Source: the human T2T-CHM13v2.0 reference genome, Homo sapiens
Assembly: GCF_009914755.1 (NCBI RefSeq)
Contig: NC_060925.1
DNA length: 64,000 nt
Reading direction: 5' to 3' (one strand)
A program made the translations under genes and the position numbers. Below the pieces are notes generated by a model. The model was not told the DNA's origin and did no database searches. It saw only the letters and a list, made by a program, of their open reading frames with translations. Positions 17,111 to 34,890 of this stretch are shown here, one piece after another (position 1 is the first letter of the stretch; each line of letters begins with the position of its first letter).

Positions 17111-17339
17111 TAGTAGTTCTCAACCAGGGATAGTTTTATCTCCCAGGGGACACTTGACGAGGCTGGAAGCCATTTTTGTTTGTTACAGCTGGAGATGGGG
17201 CATGCTACCGGCGTCTAGTGTGTAGTGAGGCCAGAGATGCTGCTCAGCATCCGAGATGCATCCTACCATACACAGATGCACCCCCCAATAAACAGAATTA
17301 TCTGGCCCAAATGTCAATAGTGCCAAGGTTGAGAAACTG
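17111..17339 (+). mobile_element. MER20, full length
   Basis: gttctcaaccaggg...aatgtcaatagtgccaaggttgagaaac. 8-bp hAT TSD atttaaag at 17103-17110 / 17340-17347. Confidence 0.9.
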
Positions 17340-17395
17340 ATTTAAAGCGAGGATAATAAATTCATCACATGTTAACACAAAACATAGTTTTATAA

Positions 17396-17812
<417 letters not shown>

Positions 17813-20571
17813 GATTATTGTATCTACTTCTGCATTCAATCTGTTGCAATGTCACATGTCACAGAGCTCCCGGAAAACTCCATTAAATATTTGTGAGTGA
17901 ATGAGAGTGATAAAGACATCATCTCAGGATGATTATAATGGTTTTGATCTTGTGGCCCCCCTCCAAGGGTCTTTGGTAAAAGGTGAAAGATTCAAAGGCA
18001 CTTCGGGATGCCCAAGGGTCCACAGACCACCTTTTGAGAACTGCAGCTGTAGGAAGATCTTCCCAGATGATTTCCAGAAACAATTAGTGTGTTTTGGATG
18101 TGAACACATCTGGCTCTGCCATCCTGGGAGGGCAGTCGGGAGAGGGACTGGGGAAAAACCCACTGAGCCAGCCCCGCAGACCCCACTCCTCCCTTCTCCT
18201 CAATGCTGTCAGCTGCTAGACAGTCAGTCATGGTAATTTCTAATGACAGATCTCACGTTTCACCTTGGGGGCAGAAAACAAGAGGCTGGACGAGTGGGAA
18301 GAAAAGAAAAGAGGAGAAAAAGTCAGGGGAGGTGGGCTTCCCTGGCTGCTTCTGAGAGGGAGGAAGGGGTGCTCGCTGCTGGCCCGGGGTCCCTGTGGGG
18401 TGTGGGTGTGTGTGGAGGGCCCACGCCTCGCCTTGCCCATGAGCCCAGCCCTGGGAACAGCAATCGAGGTGGCCCGCCTGTCTCTGAGTCACCCACCTGA
18501 GTTTCACAGGATGTGATAGGCTAATTTTGACAAGGAGAGGGGGAGCCCCAGCCTTTGAGGCCCAGGAAGGGTGAGCCAGGCTGAGGCCAGTATCTCAACC
18601 CTTGTCTCTGAAAGGAGCAGTGGATCCAGGTCAGGAAGCCCACCAGCTTTCCCCCGACCCTACACTGCCACCGAGGCGGGCCCTTCACATTCCTAGGGTG
18701 GAGGGGATGGAGGCTTCCAGCCGCCACACTTCTAGGAGCTGGGGAGACAGCAGCACAGAGGGCATTTATGGAATACTTGCATTTATGGAACGCATGCAGG
18801 CTCTGAGCTCATTCTTTGTTGTGACTGCTGCCTTTAACCCTCACAATAACTGGTGCTTTGGGAACTGTTATTATTTCCACTTTACCCATGAGGACGACAC
18901 GGCCCAGGGAGGAAAGAACTCGTCCAAGTTCCATGCCAGGGAGATGCGGAGCTGGGATTTGATCAAGGTTTGTTTGGCTCTGAAGCCCAGATTCTTAACC
19001 TCTGCCCTACAAGTTGTGCCAAATTACTCATGTACTCATGTGCTCAGGCACTTACTCACATACCTGATTATGGAGGGCCCACTCTGAGCCCTGTGCTAGA
19101 TGCCAGAGATACAGACAATAAAACACACTCCCTGTCCTCCTCAAAGCTCTCGGTCTACCAGGTGGGAGGCACGGGGAGTGTAGCATTGAGCAAGCGGACA
19201 CGCTATTGGAATCGATTGTGCCAAGTGCTGTGATGGGGTAAGCAGAGTGTGAGGAAGCCAGAAGAGGCTCTGGTTGTAGGATGGGGAGAGGGAAGCTAGG
19301 GTGGCTTCCTGGAGGAGGTGATGTATAAACTACTGACAAGTAGGGACCCCCAAGCCAGGGGGAAGAGGAGCATCTTGGGGTCACATACCACATGCCCTTG
19401 CTCCCACTTTTGACTTGTTGCTGGGACACTACTTCCTAGCCCAGGAGGAGTTCCAGGATTTCTGTTCCAAGCCCCCAGCCCCTATTTACCTTCTGTTTCT
19501 GGGGCGAGAACCAGATGGGACCCTCGCCAGGAGAATACCAGCAGCCCCTTCCCCTGTAGGAAAGGTGGGGACAGCAGTGTTGGATGGGGTCTCAGGGTGG
19601 CTGCCAGGCCCCAGGGGCAGGAAGCCAAGTCATCTTTTTGAGTAGATATTTGCACATGAAGCACTCTTGCCGGGCACTAACCTAGGCGCTGCACATAAAG
19701 TATGTCATTGGAATTTTACTATCCTGGGAGGATGAATTTCTTAAAATATGAAAGCCCTTTCACTAAGGACCTTATATCATTTCAAGCTCACGTACTTCGA
19801 GACTAATATCGACAAAGGTGGTTCGTGTGTTTGTTCACCTGCCAAAGTGGTGCAACCCTATAGCTATGGTGTGAAGAGATTACAATTTTCTTGGTCTGCC
19901 TGCTATGAAATTATGCAGGTTTCGATAAATCATTCATTTACTGAGGGAGAGTGTTCATGATTTCACATTTTATGGGATGCTTTACTGATATGTCTTCATA
20001 TCACACAACCTCCTTCTTGGTACTATCACTACCCCATTTTGCAGATGAGGAAACCGAGGCTCAGAGAGGTTAAGGAACTAGCCTGAAGTCACACAGCTGG
20101 TATTGGAACTCCAATACTTCAGGAGAATTGGAATTAGAACTCAGGCAGCCTGACGTCAGAGCCCAGCCTCCCAATTTCTACCCTGCTCCTCTTGTGCTAG
20201 AAAAATCCCTGAATCTAGAAAAATCCCTGAATCTGAGAAAGCCTCTTTCCTTCAGCCTGTCTGAGCCTCAGCTACTCCAACTCTTAGATTGCCCTTTCAA
20301 CCTTTGAACTCTCCCATGAGAATGCAGCGGTGGGAGAGAGAGTGAGATGTCTGGAGTTTGTGCTTAAGGGTTTCTCATGTGACTCAGGGGCTGAGCCCCA
20401 AAAGAAACTCATCCCCAGCATGGCTGGGTGAGCCTTCTTTGTCCCCGCTTTCTCCAAACAAGGCTACGAATGTGGAGTGAGAGGCGTTGCAGGAAAGGGT
20501 GCCAGTTGTGGGGTGGCGGGAGGCTAGAAAAAAGAGATCTTAAATGATCAACAGGAGGGAACTGATAATTT

Positions 20572-20867
<296 letters not shown>

Positions 20868-21151
20868 GAGGGGAGTGATTTCGTATTGCTTCAGAATAAT
20901 TTCTCCCCTATTCCAAAAGCAATAAAGAAAATGTAGGAACTCCTAGTAAACCCAAAGAAGAAAGTTTAAAAACCTACAACCCCATCACTCATGCATAAAC
21001 ATGGTGAGTATCTTGGGTGTGATTTCTTTTAGGCTTTTGTCTATGCATCGTTCAATATACATGTTTATATTTATACTAATAAATGTATTCATAGAATTTT
21101 ATTATTGCCAAGATAATACGTGTTCACTGTAGTATATTTAGAAAGTAGAAA

Positions 21152-21486
<335 letters not shown>

Positions 21487-21644
21487 TTATAGGATTTTCT
21501 CATTTTTACAGTGAATTTTAGTATAATGAATATAGTATAATGAATAAAAATCATCGTGTTTGTCCTGGCTGTTAAAGTTTTCAGTTTGTAGGCTGACTTA
21601 CTGAAATCATATCTGCAAATGACAGAATTTAAAGATAAAGCAAA

Positions 21645-21805
21645 GTTCTGGACTTTAGCCTCTTTTAGGTCACAGACCCTCTGAGAATCGGACAAGAGCC
21701 GAAGACGCACAAAAGATGCACAGAGAAACATCTTCCTAAGATGTCAGGAGGCCACAGATTCTCTCTAGCCTCTGCATAGGAGTCATGACCACAGTTTAAC
21801 ACTCT
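21645..21805 (-). mobile_element. Charlie4z-like hAT MITE
   Basis: ggtcacagaccctctgagaatc...ccacagtttaacactc. Confidence 0.5.
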
Positions 21806-22352
21806 CCATGCTTCATGAATTATCAGATGAAGAGGGGCCTTGGATTCCCCTGGACTGAAGAGGAGGGTCACATCCAAAGCCCAGACCTTCCTTTTTTTAA
21901 TCTGAATATTTTTGTGTGGGTCATTTCAGCTTAGTTAGCAGTTTCGAAAGGGATCTGTACGGGTTTAGTATTTAATTTCTTGAAAAAGTAAACTATTTTT
22001 ACTTTGTTTTGTTTTAAAATGTTTAAGTTTTTAAATTTATGTAATTCCAAACTTACAGAAAAGTAACATGAACAATACAAGGAACACCTATATTCCCTGT
22101 TTTGTTAATTACAAAATAATATTAACAATGATGATGATGATTAAAATATATGCCCATTGTAACATATCAAATGATGCTGAAGTGTGTGAAGAAAAAGTTA
22201 ATAGTCTCCCATAATAAAATACAGAAGTATAAGCAATACACTTTGGTAAATCTTCCAACACACTGCCATATACCTTCTCTAAGTCTCTCCAAACATATGT
22301 ACATGTAAATCATATATATTTATACAAATATGTTCCTTTTGCCATAAAAAAT

Positions 22353-22648
22353 TGTTTTTTTTTTTTGAGACAGGGTCTTGCTCTGTGGCTCAGGCCAAGT
22401 ACAGTGGCTCAATCACAGCTCACTGCAGTCTCAAACTCCTGGGCTCAAGCAATCCTCTTGCCTCAGCCTCCCAAGTAGCTGGGACAACAGGTAGGCACCA
22501 CCACATCTGGCTAATTTTAAAATTTTTTGTAGAGACGGGGTCTCACTTTGTTGCCCAGGCTGGTCTCAAACTCCTGGGCTCAAGCAATCCTCCCATCTTG
22601 GCCTCCCAAAGTTTTGGGATTACAGGTGTGAGCCACTGGGACTGCCCC
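22353..22648 (-). mobile_element. AluJ
   Basis: Alu dimer within old L1M-like sequence. Confidence 0.88.
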
Positions 22649-23126
22649 ACAATCTTATTTTATATATACAGAATAGTCTCTATGTATAAGATTTATGTCT
22701 TCTGTTAATTGAAGGCCTTAATACAGTCATCCAAGGCTGGTTTAATGACCTCCAACCATCAACAAGGAAGACGTTTGGAGAAACATGAGGGAAAAGGAAA
22801 ACACAGGCAGAGAATCAAGGGGATTATTGGGTGACTTCCAAGGAGTGTGAGTGAACCTTGGGTCCACTCAATGCACAGCACCTCACAATATGCTTCTTTC
22901 ATTTAACATTCTCCCTGGACCTCTCTCTAGGTCGACTCTTGTGATGCTACCTCATTCTTGTTAATCATTTCATACTTTTTCATTACGTGGCTGGGTGACT
23001 TGATTCACCCCTTCTTCCACTGATAGCATTCAGGTCATTTCTGATTTGTTGCAGTGATTATTGCAGACAATGTCGGACTAATCATCCTGAGATATATGTC
23101 TTTAAAGACTGGGCTGTGTAGCCCAT

Positions 23127-23501
23127 TGTACTAGTCTATTCTCATGCTGCTAATAAAGACATACCTGAGACTGGGTAATTTATAAGGGGAAGAGGTTTGA
23201 TTGACTCACAGTTCAGCATGGCTGGGAGGCCTCAGGAAACTTACAATCATGGCAGAAAGGGGAGCAATCATGTCCTTCTTCACATGGCAGCAGCAAGGAG
23301 ACGTGCCAAACAAAACGGGGAAAAGCCCCTTATAAAATCATCAGATCTCATGAGAACTCACTCACTATCACAGGAAGAGCATGAAGGCAACTGCCCCCGT
23401 GATTAAGTTACCCCCCACCGGCTCCCTCCAATGACACATGGGGATTATGAGAACTACAACTCAATATGAGATTTGGGTGGGGACACAGCCAAACCATATC
23501 A
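23127..23501 (-). mobile_element. THE1 (THE1C-like) solo LTR
   Basis: gctgctaataaagacatacctgagactggg...gagatttgggtggggacacagccaaaccatatca. TSD cccat/cccgt. Confidence 0.92.
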
Positions 23502-23504
23502 CCC

Positions 23505-23670
23505 GTTTAGTATCTTTGTGCAAATTAGCAAAAAATACCCCTCCCATAGACACCAGCCTGTAACAAAGTACGCAGCTTGGCAAGTGGCGTGTAGGCCGGA
23601 TTCCAGCCCTACATGCCCCATCGGTGTGGTGTCCTTCCTTGTGCAGTGAACAACCTGCACATCCTTATAT
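23505..23670. mobile_element. MER91-like DNA element
   Basis: tctttgtgcaaattag...ttgtgcagtgaacaacctgcaca. Confidence 0.45.
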
Positions 23671-23726
23671 GGTAGTCTCATCTTCCACACTCTGTTTCTT
23701 TCTCCCCCTGTAAGACGGCTCCCTAA

Positions 23727-24072
<346 letters not shown>

Positions 24073-24576
24073 TAATCATAAAATATTCTACTACATTTTT
24101 GTGCGTATTTATAAAATTATATTTGCTATCTTGGAAGGTGCTTTTTAAGTATATTTCGATCCTAACATATTTGGACTGTCTTTCCTGTTACTACCAATTC
24201 AATTTTTGTACAGTGATTTTTCTTAACAGCTTTTGGGGTATAATTGGCATATAATAAACTGTACCTATTTGAAGTGTGCAATTTCATAAATTTTGACGTA
24301 TGTATACACTGTGAAACCATCACCAGAATCAAGACAATTAACATATTCATTGGCTCCAAAGGCCCCTTGGGAACCTCTCCTTCCCTCACTGTCTGGCTCT
24401 CTCCATCCTTAGGCAACTACTCATCTGCTTTCTGTCACTATCGGTTAACTGTTCATATTTCCTAGAATTCTGTAGAAGTGGAATCATACAGTATGTGCTT
24501 TTTTTCCATCTGACTTCTTTCACTCAACATAATTATTTTGAGATTCACCCATGTCGTTGCATGTATAAATAGCTCA

Positions 24577-24900
<324 letters not shown>

Positions 24901-25148
24901 TTATTGCTGAATAGTATTCCATTGTCTGAATATACCACAATCTGTTTATCCACTCACCAGTTGATGAACATTTAGATTGTTTCCAGTTTAGGGCTGTGGC
25001 AAATAATATCCTCTTATTCAGATTTGCTCTGAATTTTTATGTACAAATCTTTGAATGGACATAAGCTTTCATTTCTCTTGGGTAAATCCTAGGAGCGCGA
25101 TGGCTAGATCACATAGCTGGTGTATATTCAGCTTTTTAAGAAAATCCC

Positions 25149-25304
25149 TGCGGGGAGCGGGGAGAGATAGCATTAGAAGATATACCTAATGTTAAATGAC
25201 GAGTTAATGGGTGCAGCACACCAACATGACACATGTATACATATGTAACAAACTTGCACATTGTGCACATGTACCCTAAAACTTAAAATAAAAAGAAAAA
25301 AAAA
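25149..25304 (+). mobile_element. Severely 5'-truncated L1PA (PA4/5-like) 3' tip
   Basis: gatagcattag..atacctaatgttaaatgacgagttaatgggtgcagcacacc..gtaccctaaaacttaaa. TSD aagaaaatccc at 25138-25148 / 25305-25315. Confidence 0.9.
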
Positions 25305-25347
25305 AAGAAAATCCCAAACTGGTTTGCAGAGTGGTTGTACTATTTTA

Positions 25348-25722
<375 letters not shown>

Positions 25723-25830
25723 AGCTGTATTCTTTTTAATTTTCGCAACTGTATGTTGAGCATCTTTTATGTGTTTACCATCTTAACATTGTATTTGGTG
25801 AAGTGTCTCTTCAAATCTTTTGCCCAGTTT

Positions 25831-26129
25831 GGCCAGGCGCGGTGGCTCAAGCCTGTAATCCCAGCACTTTGGGAGGCCGAGGCGGGTGGATCACGAGGTC
25901 AGGAGATCGAGACCATCCTGGCTAACACAGTGAAACCCCATCTCTACTAAAAATACAAAAATAATTAGCTGGGCGTGGTAGCAGGCGCCTGTAGTCCCAG
26001 CTACTCAGGAGGCTGAGGCAGGAGACTTGTTTGAACCCAGGAGGCAGAGCTTGCAGTGAGCCGAGATCGTGCCACTGCGCTACAGACTGAGTGACAAAGC
26101 GAGACTCCATCTCAAAAAAAAAAAAAAAT
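25831..26129 (+). mobile_element. AluY
   Basis: gagatcgagaccatcctggctaacac; TSD aaat(c/a)ttttgcccagttt. Confidence 0.92.
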
Positions 26130-26326
26130 ATTTTGCCCAGTTTTAATTGGGATGTCTGTTTTCTTACCATTGAGTTTTCAGAGTTCCTTATATGTTCTAG
26201 ATGAAAGTCCCTTATCAGATATATGATTTGCAAACATTTTGTTTGTATTTTACTTTTGCATTTTATCATTTTTATTATATTTTACTTTGTATTTATTTTA
26301 TTATCTTTATGTTTGTGTATCTTACT

Positions 26327-26381
26327 ATTTTTTTTTTTAGACGGAGTCTCGCTGTGTCACCCAGGCTGGAGTGCAGTGGTG
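26327..26381 (-). mobile_element. Alu 3' fragment (about 50 bp)
   Basis: Poly-T plus agacggagtctcgct...gagtgcagtggtg, then an abrupt end. Confidence 0.8.
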
Positions 26382-27330
26382 ACAAAAACTTTGATAAAGT
26401 TTTTAATGTTTGTTTGTTTGCAAATGAATATCCACTTGCACATTGCTTTTAGTGGTGAAAAATAACCATTCACCAGCCAAATTTTTCCCTGTTCTTCAAG
26501 ACAAGTCCTACCTTAAATGCTTTACTTTCTGCAGTGTCTTGTCCACTTGGGCACTTGGTGTTTGTTGAATGACTGAATGTGTCTGTCCTACCTCAAGGAA
26601 TCCCACAATGCCAGAGCTGGGACTAATCTTAGAAACATCCAGGCTGACCCCTTTCCCCCATTTAAAAGCGGAGACCCTCCAGCTTAGGGCTGAGCAGCAC
26701 TCTGACCCAAGTGACAGAACTGGAACTCAGTCCCAGGACTCTCAGTTCTTGGTCCAGAGCACTTTCTGTAAGACTATGCTGGCTCCTGTCCCTGAGACTG
26801 ATTACCAGGAATGGGTCCAGATCTGCAGTGTCATCTTGTGAAAGTCCTGATCCTATTAACTGTGCAATCCTTAGTAAGGGCTACCATTTACCGACTGCCT
26901 GCTGTGTGCCAGGCACTTTGTATCTGTCATCTCATTTAATGCCCACAAGAATCTTGGTGGGAAGGGGATATTCATTATGCTCTCCACTCTGCAGTTCAGA
27001 AAACTGAGGCCTAGAGGCCCAGAGAGGTTAAGCAACTTGTCAGAGGTGGCACAGGCACAATGGAGGAGCTGGGGCTCAAACTCAGGTCTGTCAAACCCCA
27101 AATCTTCCCTTTCTCCAAACATTTCTTTTCCAGCCCCTGCTCTTATCTGTAGGGACCCTACAGAGGCAGGATGGCATGTTGACTCACTGCTCAAACTCTG
27201 GAGCAAGACAGCCTGGTTTGAACCTCACTTTGGGCAAGTCACCCATCCTTTATGTGCCTCAGTCTTTTCATCTCTAAAATGGGAACAGTGATATTAATTA
27301 TCCCTAACATATAGGGCTGTTATGAGAGTG

Positions 27331-27646
27331 GTTTTTTGTCTGTTTGTTTGTTTGTTTGAGATGGAGTCTCACTCTGCCACCCAGGCTGGAGTGCAGTGGC
27401 ATGATCCAGCTCACTGCAACCTCTACCTCCCAGATTCAAGCAATTCTCATGCCTCAGCCTCCAGAGTAGCTGAGATTACAGACCTGTGCCACCATGCCCA
27501 GCTAATTTTTATTTATTTTTTGTATTTTTGGTAGAGATGGGGTTTCACTATGTCGGTCAGGCTGGTCTCGAACGCCTGACCTCAAATGATCCGCCTGCCT
27601 CAGCCTCCCAGTGTTGGAATTATAAGTGCGAGCCCCCGCACCCAGC
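27331..27646 (-). mobile_element. AluS in a MIR
   Basis: Alu dimer. Confidence 0.88.
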
Positions 27647-27931
27647 AAGCCAATGTGTGGAAATTCCCTCAGAACAGTGGCAGAATATAGTAGCCCTCAG
27701 TGGGTATTAGTGGTTGCTTCTTGGGAACAGGGACACTGGAACACTCTGGAGGCTGCCCCTGCATACCTGCCTGCAGAAGGGCAGAGAAGCCCAAGCACTG
27801 GGCTTAGGTGGGCCTGGGGGAGCGTAACCAAGCCAAGAGGCCAGGAGGCTGTCCACCTGCCTGCAGGCTCCACAGAGAAGGACAAAGCCCTGGCCTGACC
27901 CTTTGTCCCTCCCGGGGACCTTTTCTTGTGA

Positions 27932-28247
<316 letters not shown>

Positions 28248-29287
28248 TGAGAAAAAATGATGTATTTAGACACACTCACTGAGCCTGAGCCTGAGCCCAG
28301 GCAGGTTTTCTGTGTTAAATATTGATGAACCAATGTGATAGGCCTGGTGGGCTGCTCTCATGCAGGCCAAATCCCCCAAGACTTGGGAGAGTAATCCAAA
28401 TTAAGCATATGGCCTCATGTGTTCGAAAATGCGCTCACAAAACAGTTACAGCAGGAGGACCAGATTCCCACTTGCCTGTGTTTCCTGAGAATGATGATGA
28501 AGGATCCCACACTGATTCTTGCACAGAGCTTGATTCGGGCAATCACAGAACCAGAGCTTCAGGTCTGGAAGGAATCTCAGGGATCATTGCTCCTCTTTCT
28601 CACTCCCTTCCCTCTCCTCCTTTCAGGGGAGGCAGCACAACACTGTGGTTGAACACAGGCTTCAGAGCCCACAGACCTGGGTTGGAGTCTGCCTATCCTG
28701 CCAGTTGTCCACATAAATCATGCTGTCTCTAACTCACCTCTGGGCCTTTCCATGTGCTGACCTGCCTGCCTGAGCCCTCTCCCCCAACTCCTTGTCAAGT
28801 AACACCTTCTCTATTCTTGGGGCTCAGCTTAGACTTCCCTTTCTCTAGGAAGCCTTCTCTGTCCACTGCCCACCCTGTTTCCCCCTGAGCTAAAGACTTC
28901 AAAACATTTTTTCTGTTTGGCACAGCACTCACCATGCTGCCTTGGAATTGCCTGTTTCTTGTCTCTCTTCCTCAGTGGACTGTGAGCTACTCAAGTGCAG
29001 AGATCCTACGTAATTTCGGATCATCCATTTAACTTTTCTAAGCCTCAGTTTACTCACCTCTAAAGTGGGGATAAAATAGCATTTCCCTCACCGGGTTGTT
29101 TTGTAGATTAAATGAGATAATCCAGGAAAATTCATATACAGGCCTTGATTTAGTCCTTGGCACACACTATGTATTCAAGAAATGGCTTAAAAGGATGATG
29201 ATGATAATAATGGCAATTGTATTTTTCAACACTTGCTGCTATAACAAATAAGCTATAAAAGTCTCAGAGGCTTAAAACAATAGAACT

Positions 29288-30685
<1,398 letters not shown>

Positions 30686-30829
30686 TTATTCTTCACAGTA
30701 GTTACATCCAAATGAGGGCGCTCTGTCTGGGGACTCTCTTCCATGCAGTAACTTAGAGACCCATGTTTTTTGGCATCTTACGCCTCTGCCATCCATCTTC
30801 AACGTGTGGTTCCCAGTGCCAGCCTAGAG

Positions 30830-31090
30830 CAGGGGCTGCGAACTATCCCTGTGGGCCAAACCCAGCCAGCAGACTGTTTTTGTATAGCCCTAGACCTGAG
30901 AATGGTTTTACATTGTTAAAGGGTTGTGACTAAGGCAGAGAAAGAGGAGAGGAGAGGAAGGATGGAGCTAGGAGAAGAGAAGGGAAGAGGAAAGAGAAAG
31001 AGAAGAAGATATGATGGAAACTATATGTGGCCTGCAAAGCTGAAAATATTTAGTATCGGATCCTTTACAGAAAATATTTGTTGGCTCCTG
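30830..31090. mobile_element. MER58-type hAT MITE
   Basis: caggggctgcgaacta..tgggccaaa..gaatggttttacatt..atgtggcctgcaaagc..cctttacagaaaa..ctcctg. Confidence 0.75.
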
Positions 31091-31324
31091 CCTTAGAAAC
31101 ATTTCTATTCTAGGCAACTGAGTGGTCCACATCACCTTCATCCATATTCCATTGCCTGGAACTATCATGTGGCCATGCCTGACTGCAAGGGGGTCTGGGA
31201 AATGTAGTCCAGCTGTGTGCCCAGGAGAAGAGGAAGTGAGCTTGGTGACCATCTGACAATCATGATGATGATGAACATCATGGTTGTCTCTCAGCTGTTT
31301 CATCCAGTGGAGGAGTCTTCCTCA

Positions 31325-31815
31325 GCTCAGATTAGTCCAGGCCACTCATAGTGATTCCCTCTCTAGTGATTGGTTAAGGAATCCAGGCTGAAGCCAGCAG
31401 AGAATGGCATTCCTTGGGCAACAGTTATGGGCTCAGCGGTAGGCAGGGGACCCAAGCTGTCCCAGTCAGACTGAAAAGAACTTTTGTTTGATGGTTGAGG
31501 AAGAGGCACTCTCTCTTCCTCCAGTTGTGAAGAAGGAAGCATGTGGCCGGAGTAAACACTAAAACCAGAAGGTGGCCATCCTTCAAAGGTTGCAGAAGGA
31601 ACCAGCCTTAGGCGGGGCCAGCACTGTGCCCTACAGAGCAGAAAGACAGGAAGAAGCTGGGACCCTGCAGACACTGTGGGGCTGCTACAGGACCAGCCCT
31701 GAGGCCTGCCCGCCCTCTGGACTTCCAGTGATGAGGCCCATAAGATCCCTCCTTGTTGAGGCTACTTTGAGTCACAGTTTCTATTACTCCCAGCCAGAGC
31801 ACCCTCACTGATCTG
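31325..31815 (+). mobile_element. MLT1K-like LTR
   Basis: agtgattggttaagg, ctctggacttccagtgatgagg, tttgagtc..tttctattact. Confidence 0.55.
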
Positions 31816-31882
31816 ATGGCTTCTAGGACAACCTTGTCAACGGCCAGGAACCCCTCAGAGCCCAGCCTCTCTCCCTAGTTAA

Positions 31883-32499
<617 letters not shown>

Positions 32500-33281
32500 T
32501 AAAATAATAGTGAATCACTATTATTTTTTCCTGAGATACCTTAAAATAAATGCATACATATGCAATTATTAACAGAAAACATGAGTCTGAACATGAACTG
32601 AAATCGTCTCCTGGATCACACTTCAGGAAAGTCAGCATTCACTGATCTGGGTGGGTTTGTTTCATGTTTCCAACAGGACTGGGACCCCTTGAGGGCAGGG
32701 AACACATCTTCTAAAACTCATTTATGCCTCAGAACAATTCTTTGAATAAGAGATTCTTATCCTGTTTTGCAGATGCAGAAACTGAGGTCTCGGAGAGGCC
32801 ACGCAGGGAGTAGATGAGAGATTAAGGGCTGAGTTCTCATTTTGAAAGTGACTTGTTCTTAGATAAGGCCTTCAGGGACCATCTAGCTCAATGCTCCTTC
32901 CTTCCCTTCTTCAGCACACTGACCCAGAGAGAACTGACCTGCCCAAGGTGCCATAGAACCAAGCCTAGAACTTCTAGTCCAAGACTGTGTCTATTGTGCC
33001 ACATTGCCCATTGCAGTCCCTCTGGCTTGTTCAGAACACAGCTGTGAAGACTTCACCTGATTTGTCATCTGCAGATTTTGAGGCGCTAACTAGTGCCATA
33101 ACTCAGAGTGACCAAAATGGTCACAAGGCCTTGTGTGTGAGTGGCTGGCAGATCTTGGTGGCTTGCTAAAGACAGCTGGACACTGGGCTGGTGCTACAGC
33201 CAGCCCCTATAATAGGAACCCTGTCATCCTTCGAGAAGCACAAGATAATCTTTCTAGTGTAGGCATATGATGTAGATTGGG

Positions 33282-33469
33282 GTAGTGGTGTGCTGTTCAG
33301 GAAAAAAAACCAACTCTGATCTGTTGCATTTGCTGATTTCTATGCTGTAGAGACTCCCACCATGGCTAGTTTTAAGCTATCACTCTGACTTTACTACATG
33401 CAGAGTTAGGAAGAGATGGACACAATGGCTCTGGAGAGCTGGTTCAAGCTGGCTTCAGTACACTCCTGG
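33282..33469. mobile_element. MER63A-like hAT element
   Basis: agtggtgtgctg..actcccaccatggc..ttaagcta..gagttaggaagagatg..cagtacactcctg. Confidence 0.65.
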
Positions 33470-33717
33470 ATCAGACCAACCAGAGTCTGTCTTACTAATG
33501 AGCCTTACTGTCAATCGCATCACTCCAGGGGTGTCCACTGGACATGCGGTGGGGCGCTGTGGTTGTGGGTAGGCACAGGGGCAGGGCGGCCTCTTGCTCA
33601 GCCTCTGCAAGTCTCCTGATCCCCAGCCCAAGAGACCTTAAGTAAGATAGGGATGTCCATTGTTTATTAGCCAGTCTCAACTCCCCCTTTATTGACTGTC
33701 AGAATTCATTTAACAAA

Positions 33718-34060
33718 TAATATTCTTTATTTTCAAATAGTTTCACACTCATAATAAGTTGCATACATAGTTTAGAGAGTTCTTGTGTACCCTTCACCCA
33801 GCTTCCCACAATGATAACATCTTACACAACCAAAGTACACTGTCAAAACCAGGAAACTGACATAGGTACAATGCCGTTAACTCAAAAACAGATCTTCTTT
33901 GGATTTTACAAGTTTCTACATTACATGCACTCTGTGTGTGTGCTTGTGTATGTTTCTCTGAAATTTTATCACATGTACGGGCTTGTATAACCATCACCAC
34001 AATCAGGATACAGAACTGTTCTATCACCCCAAATAAACTTTCAGAGCTTTTTTCTAACAA
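33718..34060 (-). mobile_element. L1MC/MD 3' fragment
   Basis: acccttcacccagcttccc..tcaaaaccaggaaactgacat. Confidence 0.65.
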
Positions 34061-34394
34061 AAATGCCCAGTATTAGAATGAAAACAGCATAGATTTTGGA
34101 GTCAGTCCTATTATTTTCAAATCCTAGTTTTTTCCACTGTGTGACCTTGGGTACATAGTTTAGCCTCTCTGAGCCTTACTTTCCTCATTTCCAAAATGTA
34201 GGATTGACCTACATTAGTAAGAGGCACAGCCAGAATTTGAACTCAGGTGGTCTGGTTCTAGAGTCCACACCCAGAATGACCATCCCACATTATTCATGAG
34301 AACAAGCCCTCCTCATGAACTCTGCAGAAACAACAAAAAAAGCATTAGAGAAAGCATTCCAGTACACGAAAACAAGAGTTTTGAGGCTCCTAAC

Positions 34395-34890
34395 ACCAGT
34401 TTATTTAGCACCTATTATGTGTACATATTGTGCTAGGTCCTGGGAATAGAATGCAGAGGAAAAAATGGATGTGGTTCCTGCCTCCCTGGAGCCCGCAATG
34501 CAGTGGTGGTGCCAGACACCAATTAAGGGATCATAAAAGTCAGTGTAAAATTATAAAACTACTTCAGCAGTGTGCTGAAGCAGTTTCCAGTGCTCTAAGG
34601 GCCTGTGAAGGAGGGTTTTGGTCTAGTCAGGATGGTCAGGGAAGTCATCCTTGAAGAGATAAGTGTGCAGAGATCTGAAGGAAAAGCAAGAGTTATTCAG
34701 GCAAAGAGGGAATGAGGGTGGCACCTCTGAGAAAGCATTCCAGGAAGAGGGAGCAGGAAGTGCAAAGAACCCATGATGGGAGGAAGCAGGGGTCACTCAA
34801 GGAAGTAAAAAGAGCTGTGGCTTGAGGGGACAGACAGGAAAGCAAGCTGTGAGAGGGCCTGGAGGGCCATGTGGGCCACAGAAAGACTTC
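34395..34890 (-). mobile_element. L2 fragment
   Basis: agcacctattatgtg..tgtgctagg..gagatctgaagga..gcattccagg. Confidence 0.6.

Noticed and set aside
18602-19087. 161-aa ORF
   Set aside because: It has a non-ATG start, runs through MIR and L2 sequence, and shows no recognisable domain.
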